The notes below the pieces were generated by a model, which was not told the origin of the DNA, searched no databases, and saw nothing but the letters and a program-made list of their open reading frames with translations. Made by a program: the position numbers and the translations under genes. Shown piece by piece: positions 56,863 to 64,000 of a DNA stretch of 64,000 bases; position 1 is the first letter of the stretch; the number at the start of each line of letters is the position of its first letter. The DNA is taken from positions 32,479-96,478 of the forward strand of contig JANRLU010000092.1 in the NCBI GenBank assembly GCA_033762275.1, written 5' to 3'. This DNA is from Thermonemataceae bacterium (GTDB lineage Bacteria > Bacteroidota > Bacteroidia > Cytophagales > Thermonemataceae).

Positions 56863-57542
56863 ACTTTTTCAGCAATAATTTCCCATTCTGCATGGATACC
56901 TATACTTTTATTCTCCAAATCGTGTATTACTTTGTGTTTTTTACTTAGGATTTTCCAACCTTTACCAAATAAATCATCAAATTCATCTTCTTTGAAGAAA
57001 TAGATATGTTCAATACCCGCCAGTGAACCCATTTTCATAGAAGAACGTGTACCATCATTATTTTTTATACCAGAATCAGCACTACTATGGCTAACACTAT
57101 AAACATTAGTGAAAAATTTACCACTCTTTACTAATACACGATGCACTTCCCCAACTGCTTTTTTTATATCTTCCCAACCGCAACAAGTCAGTGAAGCTCT
57201 ATCTATGACCAAATCAAAATTATTGTCCTTAAAAGGTAGGTCTGTAAAATCACCCACCCAAAACTCAGCTTTTAGACTTTCTGTTTCAAAACGTTTTTTT
57301 GCAAATTCTATTGCTGACTGACTTCCATCTATTCCGACAACATTAAAACCTTCTTTTGCTGCAAACCAAAGATTATTACCCGCTCCTGAACCAATCTCTA
57401 AAATAGCTACTTCATTTTTAGGTTTATCTCTTGGGTAATTTCTAAAAATAAAACTGACCACATTATCATAAGGATACTTATTCAGATGTTGTCCTTGCGA
57501 ATAAATCTCATTTTCCCAAAAACTGTTGGTTGTTTGTTTCAT
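56859..57542 (-). CDS. class I SAM-dependent methyltransferase
   Basis: Motif I ILEIGSGAGNN, then FDLVIDRASL. Confidence 0.8.
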   Translation of the reverse strand: MKQTTNSFWENEIYSQGQHLNKYPYDNVVSFIFRNYPRDKPKNEVAILEIGSGAGNNLWFAAKEGFNVVGIDGSQSAIEFAKKRFETESLKAEFWVGDFTDLPFKDNNFDLVIDRASLTCCGWEDIKKAVGEVHRVLVKSGKFFTNVYSVSHSSADSGIKNNDGTRSSMKMGSLAGIEHIYFFKEDEFDDLFGKGWKILSKKHKVIHDLENKSIGIHAEWEIIAEKV

Positions 57543-58903
57543 AAATTGTTTTTAATTGTTTTACTAATACTTTTGATAATACTGTTTTTGGTAAGCTCCC
57601 AATCCTCCAGCCCTAGCGTTCTCTCTTGAGGAATGAAACTTAAAACCCTTTCTAACTCTATACTATATCCTACTTTTGGTAATTTATAAGAAACAGGCGT
57701 TTTAAGAAGAAATTTACCCTCACAGATTGCTTCAGAACTAACAATACCCATATCTTTTATTTCTTCCCAAATTGTATCAGAATAAGCTTCAGGATTACTC
57801 CATATAGCTGAATTTATTTTACAAGGTACTTCACAACACACATACGCTTTTCCTTTGGGTGCATTATTAGTTCCGTAGTTTGTGGGGATAGATGCTCTGA
57901 ATGTATAAAAATTAGTATCAAAATTGTGTATGTATGAATAATCACTCACAAACTTCTCATCTAAAGTAAAATAATAAAGTATAAGAGGAACTGGATAGAC
58001 AAAATCTTTGAGTTTATTTTCTATACCAAATAAATCTCCAATAAGTTCCTGAGAACTTGCCCACAACAAATAATCTGCTCTTAGAGGATTCTCTTGCCCA
58101 CTAATGAGTACCTCTATACTATTTTTATCTACATTTATCTTTTCTACTTTTTTTCCCAACAACAAATTTACACTAAGTTGTTCCAGTTTTACTTTAGATT
58201 TTTCACAAAAAAGACGTGTTCCATTTTTATTTGGATAAAAATTTCTGCGTGCATAACTTTGTGCGATTTCTTGATAGAACTCCATAGGATTTTCTTGAGA
58301 AGAAACAGCTATTTTATTGTCGAGTATAGGATTTTTCTTTAAAAACCTACCCATTTCATCACTTGTGAATTTGATACGCTTATAAGTAGTTAAATTTAGG
58401 GCGTTGCTATCTATCTCCTTAATACTTATAGCGTGTGTTTTGGTCATAAGTTGTTCAATAATTTTGGCAGCAGTAGTTCCGTGTATGGTGCTGAATTTAT
58501 CAAGTAGTGTAATGCTTCTTTTTTCTGTTTTAGTGGCTGTTTCTAAGGTCTCCCACAATATTTTCTGCGAAACTTCTTGCCCCAATGATGATAAATCAGG
58601 TATAGAAATTCCATTTGTTTTTTGATTATTAAAAAAAGAAGCGTATTTTATAAAGGAAGGATTTACTTCGTTGTCGAGAATTTCTAAGGTAAGATTTGTT
58701 GTCTCGTCAGTATCATTATCAAATACATGACAACCTATATCCAAGTCAAATCCTTGCCAATGTTTAGCATAAAGTATTCCACCTACCTCTTTGGCACTAT
58801 CAACAATAGTTACTTTTTTTCCATTTTTGGCTAAAAGGTACGCAACTACCAAGCCTCTAAAACCTGCTCCTACAATTACCCAATTTTCTTCTCTTTCCAC
58901 CAT
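57539..58903 (-). CDS. FAD/NAD(P)-binding Rossmann oxidoreductase (amine-oxidase / UDP-galactopyranose-mutase-like)
   Basis: N-terminal dinucleotide fold VIVGAGFRGLVVAYLLAKNGKKVTIVDS. The rest (454 aa total) was not recognised further. Confidence 0.7.
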   Translation of the reverse strand: MVEREENWVIVGAGFRGLVVAYLLAKNGKKVTIVDSAKEVGGILYAKHWQGFDLDIGCHVFDNDTDETTNLTLEILDNEVNPSFIKYASFFNNQKTNGISIPDLSSLGQEVSQKILWETLETATKTEKRSITLLDKFSTIHGTTAAKIIEQLMTKTHAISIKEIDSNALNLTTYKRIKFTSDEMGRFLKKNPILDNKIAVSSQENPMEFYQEIAQSYARRNFYPNKNGTRLFCEKSKVKLEQLSVNLLLGKKVEKINVDKNSIEVLISGQENPLRADYLLWASSQELIGDLFGIENKLKDFVYPVPLILYYFTLDEKFVSDYSYIHNFDTNFYTFRASIPTNYGTNNAPKGKAYVCCEVPCKINSAIWSNPEAYSDTIWEEIKDMGIVSSEAICEGKFLLKTPVSYKLPKVGYSIELERVLSFIPQERTLGLEDWELTKNSIIKSISKTIKNNL

Positions 58904-58908
58904 AATTA

Positions 58909-59961
58909 TTAGTTTAAAATTTCAAAATTTATTACTTCACTTTTAAAAATATTTCTTTGTAATGTTTTTCCGATTAGTAAATTTACAAACTTAGGGGCTA
59001 AGCCTGTTGCGGGACGTGAAAAAGTAATATCTTCTTTTTGTAGGATATGTCCTTGTGGTAAATCTGTTTTAGCTACACAAGACAAGCGAAAGTTTAAACG
59101 CCCTTCTTGTTCTTTAGTTGTGGGAGCTATTTTAGAAACTCCAAAAGATTTTTCTAAAAATCGTATAGCCATAACTAAATCTTTCATTTCTTGCGGATTA
59201 GCAGAAAAACGATGGTCGGGTCCCTCTAAATTTTTGTCCAAAGTAAAGTGTTTCTCTACAAAACACGCTCCTAATGCTACTGCTCCCAAAGCTGCCACAA
59301 TGCCTTCAGTGTGGTCAGAAAATCCAATCGGGTACTGAAAGGCTTGCATCAGAGCTGGAATTTTTCTTAGATTAACTTCTTCAGCAGGGGTAGGATATGC
59401 CGAAATACAATGCAAAATAATAAGTTCTTTTCCACCTGCTTGTTCAAATGCTCGCACTGCATCATCTATTTCTGCCAAAGTTGCCATTCCTGTAGAAATG
59501 ATAGTTGGAATTGTAGTTTTTGCCATTTCAGCAATTAGCTCCAAATTTACTAAAAAATCAGAACCATTTTTAAGCAAAGGAGTGCTTATTTTTTGTAAAT
59601 CTTCAATACCTCTAATGCTTGTAGGCGTGCTAAAAAAGACAAGTCCTAATTCATCACAATAATCCTTTAAAGTATTTAATTGTTCTACATTTAACTCATA
59701 ACGCTTGAACATTTCATATTGTGTTTCAGTAATTTTTTGTCCTTGTGATGTGTAACTGTAAGTTAGATTTTTATCCAAAATAAAATCTTCTGTATAATAA
59801 TTTTGAAATTTTACCGCATCAACTCCTGCATCTTTGGCGGCAAGAATCATCTTTTTAGCCAACTCTATATCACCATTATGATTGATGCCTATTTCAGCAG
59901 CAATAAAACAAGGATGATTCTGCCCAATTGTAATGTTCTCTGTAATTTGTATATCTTTCAT
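58909..59961 (-). CDS. pseI: pseudaminic acid synthase (NeuB family with C-terminal SAF domain)
   Basis: FIAAEIGINHNGD, KFQ, the SDH motif (GFSDHTEG) and a C-terminal SAF-like tail. Called pse by context. Confidence 0.8.
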   Translation of the reverse strand: MKDIQITENITIGQNHPCFIAAEIGINHNGDIELAKKMILAAKDAGVDAVKFQNYYTEDFILDKNLTYSYTSQGQKITETQYEMFKRYELNVEQLNTLKDYCDELGLVFFSTPTSIRGIEDLQKISTPLLKNGSDFLVNLELIAEMAKTTIPTIISTGMATLAEIDDAVRAFEQAGGKELIILHCISAYPTPAEEVNLRKIPALMQAFQYPIGFSDHTEGIVAALGAVALGACFVEKHFTLDKNLEGPDHRFSANPQEMKDLVMAIRFLEKSFGVSKIAPTTKEQEGRLNFRLSCVAKTDLPQGHILQKEDITFSRPATGLAPKFVNLLIGKTLQRNIFKSEVINFEILN

Positions 59962-59969
59962 TTTTTCAA

Positions 59970-60128
59970 CTAAAAAGTTAGGGAATATTTTATCAATGTT
60001 TCTTTAATGATTTCATCAGAGATTGCGTCACTTATCTTCTATTCTATTGGCTCGGAGTAGTCTATGCCTTCAAAATATACTATCTTTTGTCTAAACAATT
60101 TTTCAGAATAACCCTCTTCTAAATTGTT
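59970..60128 (-). pseudogene. possible C-terminal remnant of an AbiEii-like nucleotidyltransferase toxin gene
   Basis: A start-less 52-codon frame NNLEEGYSEKLFRQKIVYFEGIDYSEPIE*KISDAISDEIIKETLIKYSLTF* with an in-frame TAG at 60039-60041. The YFE.ID..EPI pattern resembles AbiEii C-termini as I recall them. Confidence 0.3.
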
Positions 60129-60157
60129 TTAAAAAAGACAATAAAAGTTGTTGCTCT

Positions 60158-60433
60158 TCAGAAAGGATATTGAGGTACATATCTCTGAAAATATAAGTGA
60201 AAAAAATTCTTTACCTGTGGAAAATAGTTGTGCCTATCATTTTTGATGGCTTTGGCGAACTCCCTCGCTACTTCCTCTTTGCCAAGTGTTTCTAAAAGTT
60301 CTCTTAAGGCTGTCATATCTCCATAATTCAAAATAAACTCAATCAGAATGGGTTTAGTTATTTTGTCCAATTTTTTTTTATCAAAGTACCAAAACAAATG
60401 TTTGTTCTTTTCTATTATTTGTTGTAATTCCAT
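60158..60433 (-). CDS. small conserved-looking protein (91 aa), possibly the antitoxin-side partner of a decayed TA pair
   Basis: The LFWYFDKKKLDKI...ILNYGDMTALRELLETLGKEE pattern resembles small Bacteroidota proteins found upstream of AbiEii-type genes. This recollection was not verified. Confidence 0.55.
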   Translation of the reverse strand: MELQQIIEKNKHLFWYFDKKKLDKITKPILIEFILNYGDMTALRELLETLGKEEVAREFAKAIKNDRHNYFPQVKNFFHLYFQRYVPQYPF

Positions 60434-60498
60434 AATATTTTAACAATTTCCTAGTCATTCATTTATTCTTTATTTTGATATTAAAATAATTATTTACA

Positions 60499-61488
60499 TC
60501 ATAAAAAAACACTTATGATACGTTCCATAATTTTAGCATTAAAATCTTTCTTTTGGTTTTGCAAATATGCAATTTCTATTTCAAAATTTGAAACGTTACT
60601 TGATAGGTTCTGAAAGTTTTCTACTCCTAAGCATAAAGCATTTTTCGATAAAAATTGATATATACCTTTCTGATTTTCCACATACCAGCCTGTTATCAAA
60701 TACATACCTACAGCACAAATTTCATAAGCAATACTGCTCGCAGGAGCGATGGCAAGTTGGCAATGTTGCATCAAATCACACATTTCTTGGGCATCAAGAT
60801 TCTGGTGTATTTGTACTTTTTTGTACTCTTGGGCAAAATTAGTAAATTCTTGAAAATATGGATAAGCCGAACCTAAAACTACATGAATTTCTGTAAATTT
60901 TTCTACTGTAAGGCAGGCTTCAGTGGCTTTTTGGCTAAGGTTATGGATATCCGAACCACCAAAACAGATAAAAACTTTTTCTATTTTCTCTATTTTTCGT
61001 TCTTTTTTGGCAGCTTCGAGGAAAGGTTTTCGCAGAAGGGCATAATCAGTCCCTAAGTATAGTTTGGTATAATTTTCACAAGAATACTCGCTTTCCTGCA
61101 CTCCTCCAGCATGATTAATAACGGCATCAGCTACAAAATGCCAAGCGTGCATATCATCAATACAAACAAGTTTAATTTTTTTTGTTTTGAGTATTTTTTG
61201 GTAGTCGGTTTGGAAATTGTAGCCATCTAAAACGATTATATCATTTGCTTGTAGATAAGTTTCTTTGATAAAATATGCCTCTTGCAAATAATCTTGAGTT
61301 TGGGGCAAAACAATGAGTGTGAAACTTTCTCGAATTTGTTTTTGCAGAATTTCGGAAGGGTTTCGCACCAAGAACACACAATTAAAATTCTCTTTGAGCA
61401 TATCAGCCAAAGCCATACTTCTGGTGATATGCCCTAAACCTATTTCGGTATTGCCATCTGCACGGAAGTAGATCTTTGATTTTGTCAT
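60499..61488 (-). CDS. pseG: UDP-2,4-diacetamido-2,4,6-trideoxy-beta-L-altropyranose hydrolase
   Basis: The IYFRADGNTEIGLGHITRSMALADML signature fits PseG, and the protein has a GT-B-like layout. I prefer the ATG at 61488, which forms an ATGA overlap with the pseF stop. Confidence 0.8.
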   Translation of the reverse strand: MTKSKIYFRADGNTEIGLGHITRSMALADMLKENFNCVFLVRNPSEILQKQIRESFTLIVLPQTQDYLQEAYFIKETYLQANDIIVLDGYNFQTDYQKILKTKKIKLVCIDDMHAWHFVADAVINHAGGVQESEYSCENYTKLYLGTDYALLRKPFLEAAKKERKIEKIEKVFICFGGSDIHNLSQKATEACLTVEKFTEIHVVLGSAYPYFQEFTNFAQEYKKVQIHQNLDAQEMCDLMQHCQLAIAPASSIAYEICAVGMYLITGWYVENQKGIYQFLSKNALCLGVENFQNLSSNVSNFEIEIAYLQNQKKDFNAKIMERIISVFL

Positions 61489-62180
61489 TGTTTGCTCTGT
61501 AACCATTGGTATTTTATTTGTGCAATTTCCCAGTCTTCTTGATTATCAATATCTTGCACTTCGGTTTCGGGCAAGATAATCGCTCCTGTGTTATTTGTCC
61601 AAAGCTGTTGTTTTTGTAAGATGCTCTGAACATTAAAAAAATAAAATTGTCCCGCATCATGATAGGCAGACTCTAAGTCTTGAGAACGTTTGTTGAGATT
61701 TTCTGGCTCAAACATAGCAATTTTTCCAGCCTTATCCATTTTCAAAGCTCTTTGGATAGGATAAGAAAAACGTACCATTGGAAATACACAATCATAATTT
61801 TTCTTTTCTAACAATTCCTTTGCTTCTTCTAATCTTCGCACACTTACAAATGGTGCTGTAGGATACACACAACAAGATTTCTCAAAAACGAAACCTATTT
61901 TTTTGTACTGCTCCAAAACTTCTACTAAAACATCTACTGTTCCAGTAAAATCATCAGCATTATCAGCACTTCTCAGAAAAGGTACTTTTGCTCCGTATTT
62001 TTTGGCAACTTCCGCAATTTCTTCGTCCTCAGTAGAAACCATGACTTCAGAAAACAAACCTGATTCTAAGGCAGTTTCTATGGAGTAGGCAATAATAGGT
62101 TTTCCTAGAAAATCTTTGATGTTTTTTCTAGGAATACGCTTGCTTCCGCCTCTGGCGGGTATAATAGCTATGGTTTTCAT
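61485..62180 (-). CDS. pseF: pseudaminic acid cytidylyltransferase
   Basis: The IAIIPARGGSKRIPRKNIKDFLGKPIIAYSIE motif marks the CMP-nonulosonate synthetase family. Confidence 0.85.
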   Translation of the reverse strand: MKTIAIIPARGGSKRIPRKNIKDFLGKPIIAYSIETALESGLFSEVMVSTEDEEIAEVAKKYGAKVPFLRSADNADDFTGTVDVLVEVLEQYKKIGFVFEKSCCVYPTAPFVSVRRLEEAKELLEKKNYDCVFPMVRFSYPIQRALKMDKAGKIAMFEPENLNKRSQDLESAYHDAGQFYFFNVQSILQKQQLWTNNTGAIILPETEVQDIDNQEDWEIAQIKYQWLQSKQ

Positions 62181-63322
62181 TTTACAAACGCTAAGACCTT
62201 TTCAATAACAAAATCTTGTTCTTTTTCTGTGAGCGAAGGATACATCGGCAGAGATAAACAATTTTCGTAATATTTCTCCGCATTTGGGAAATCTCCTTTT
62301 TGCCAGCCCAAGCCCTGATAATAGGGCAAAGTGTGGACGGGAATGTAATGCACTTGTGCAAATATCTGATTTTCACGCAGATAATCGTACAAATCTTTTC
62401 TATTTTCCACTTGGATAACGTACAAATGATAGGCGTGTCCCAAGTCTGAGAGTATTGGGAAATATTTTATAGGCTTGCCCTCAAAAGCCTTGTCATATCT
62501 TTGGGCTATCTGTATCCTTTTTTGCAAATTTTCTGCTGCCCTATCCAGCTGCGAAACGCCTAATGCTGCCAAAATATCGGGCATACGATAGTTAAAACCT
62601 AACACTTGCATTTCATAATACCAGCCTCCATGATTTTCGTGCATCAAATCAGGATTTTTAGTGATACCGTGCGTCCTGAGTATCAAAAGTTTATCGTATA
62701 AATCTTTTCGGTTGGTAGTTATCATTCCTCCTTCACCTGTGGCAATATGCTTGACGGGATGAAAGGAAAAAATTGCCAAATCTGCAAAATTGCCGTTGCC
62801 ACAAGTTTGCTTTTGACCTTTTGTATCTACAAAATAGCCGCCTGGTGCGTGGCAGGCGTCTTCAATAATCCACAAATTATGTTTATCTGCTAACTCTCTA
62901 AATTTTTCTAAATTTACGGGTAATCCCATAAAATCTACGGGAATAATCCCCTGAAAAAATCCTTTGGGTTTGGATAATATCAATTTTTCTACGGCTTCTA
63001 TATCTATCAGAGCTGTTTGGGGGTCAATATCAGCAAACCAAACTGTTCCACCTGCATACCGAATACAATTCGCTGAGGCAGCGAAGGTAATAGGCGAAGT
63101 AATTACGTTAGAATTTTGCTCTACACCTAAAGCCAAAGTACATAAATGTAGAGCAGCTGTACCATTGGCGACCGCTACCGTGTATTTTGCTCCTACATAG
63201 TTAGCAAATTTTTCCTCAAACTCAGCAATTTTGGGACCTTGCGTAAGAAAATCGCTTTGCAAAGCATCAAGTACACTATTTATGTCATCTTTTGTAATTT
63301 CTTGTTTACCATAAGGAATCAT
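62177..63322 (-). CDS. pseC: UDP-4-amino-4,6-dideoxy-N-acetyl-beta-L-altrosamine transaminase
   Basis: DegT family, starting MIPYGKQEITKDDI, with Lys context SFHPVKHIATGEGG. Confidence 0.85.
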   Translation of the reverse strand: MIPYGKQEITKDDINSVLDALQSDFLTQGPKIAEFEEKFANYVGAKYTVAVANGTAALHLCTLALGVEQNSNVITSPITFAASANCIRYAGGTVWFADIDPQTALIDIEAVEKLILSKPKGFFQGIIPVDFMGLPVNLEKFRELADKHNLWIIEDACHAPGGYFVDTKGQKQTCGNGNFADLAIFSFHPVKHIATGEGGMITTNRKDLYDKLLILRTHGITKNPDLMHENHGGWYYEMQVLGFNYRMPDILAALGVSQLDRAAENLQKRIQIAQRYDKAFEGKPIKYFPILSDLGHAYHLYVIQVENRKDLYDYLRENQIFAQVHYIPVHTLPYYQGLGWQKGDFPNAEKYYENCLSLPMYPSLTEKEQDFVIEKVLAFVK

Positions 63323-63331
63323 AAAAAACTA

Positions 63332-64000
63332 TTATAGAGGTTCAAAAGTATTATCAATATGCAGTTTTATCAATTCTCTGATTTGCTCTATACTTAACCA
63401 ATCCGTATTTTTCCCGGAGCTATAAGCAAAACCTTTTTCTACTTTTTTGGCTTGGTAGTAGTCTGTATATTTTCTCATTAATTCTTCGTAGGAGGTATGA
63501 AGGAGGTTTGGTACTATAATAAAGTATTTTTCGGTTTCAATGGTGTTCAAAGAGTCCGTTTCTGTTATCATTTCTTCGTGAAGTTTCTCGCCTGGTCTGA
63601 TACCCACCACTCTTTGCTCGCAACTTGGGGCAATCGCCTCAGCTACATCAGTGATTTTGTAAGAAGGTATTTTAGGAACAAATAATTCGCCGCCAATAGC
63701 CTTTTCCAAGGCGTACAAAACCAAATCAACACCCTCTTCCAAAGAAATATTAAATCTGGTCATTTCTGTATCTGTAATTGGTAGGAAGCCCTCTTCCCTT
63801 TTTTTAAGAAAAAACGGAATAACAGAACCTCTCGAACCCATTACATTCCCATACCTCACCACCGAAAATACTAAATCTCGGCTACCCTTCATATTATTGG
63901 CTGCCACAAAAAGTTTATCAGAGCAGAGTTTAGTTGCTCCATACAAATTGATGGGGGCAGCCGCCTTATCAGTAGAGAGAGCCACAACTTTTTTTACGCC
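63332..64000 (-). CDS. pseB: UDP-N-acetylglucosamine 4,6-dehydratase (inverting), partial: N-terminus lies beyond the window
   Basis: STDKAAAPINLYGATKLCSDKLF (YxxxK catalytic motif). The frame stays open to position 64000, and the M at 63985 in the track is an internal GTG. Confidence 0.9.
   Translation of the reverse strand, partial: GVKKVVALSTDKAAAPINLYGATKLCSDKLFVAANNMKGSRDLVFSVVRYGNVMGSRGSVIPFFLKKREEGFLPITDTEMTRFNISLEEGVDLVLYALEKAIGGELFVPKIPSYKITDVAEAIAPSCEQRVVGIRPGEKLHEEMITETDSLNTIETEKYFIIVPNLLHTSYEELMRKYTDYYQAKKVEKGFAYSSGKNTDWLSIEQIRELIKLHIDNTFEPL

Noticed and set aside
1-64000. Mobile elements, integrases, tRNA/rRNA genes and prophage or defence islands
   Set aside because: I recognised no transposase, integrase, recombinase, terminal inverted repeats, tRNA-like cloverleaf or rRNA. 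The only mobile-type trace is the TA-like remnant at 59970-60433.

Overview
This is an AT-rich, densely coding chromosomal segment with about 60 credible genes. It reads like a Bacteroidota genome, probably a Cytophagales-type gliding bacterium. Supporting signs are a T9SS C-terminal sorting tail on a large secreted protein, an alternative complex III operon, and a recurring TTG-N19-TAnnTTTG promoter pattern. Gene blocks in order: (1) small lipoprotein, YbjN-like, prs-like/mazG, an 831-aa T9SS cargo, enoyl-CoA hydratase, FadL-like OMP and an orphan ABC-2 permease. (2) Glutamate dehydrogenase, small secreted proteins, a stand-alone nuoH and an AT-rich pair of hypothetical secreted proteins. (3) A 228-aa/GSCFA/methyltransferase operon, a hyperacidic protein, CAP-domain protein, SixA and waaA. 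(4) A GAF / acyltransferase / AMP-ligase operon. (5) actABCDEF (alternative complex III) fused to coxB-coxA in one operon. (6) ndk, a frameshifted fasciclin gene, ileS, patatin, kynurenine 3-monooxygenase, recX, a DHOase-like gene, then a SAM-I riboswitch leading a DUF1653-metH unit, and rpsA. (7) A pseudaminic-acid locus (pseB partial, pseC, pseF, pseG, pseI) followed by a translationally coupled seven-gene tailoring block. This last block is my best candidate for an undescribed system. I recognised no rRNA, tRNA, CRISPR array, transposase or integrase. All functional calls come from reading the translated ORFs and recalling family motifs. No database search or computation was run. Coordinates of non-coding features were counted by hand and may be off by 1-2 nt.
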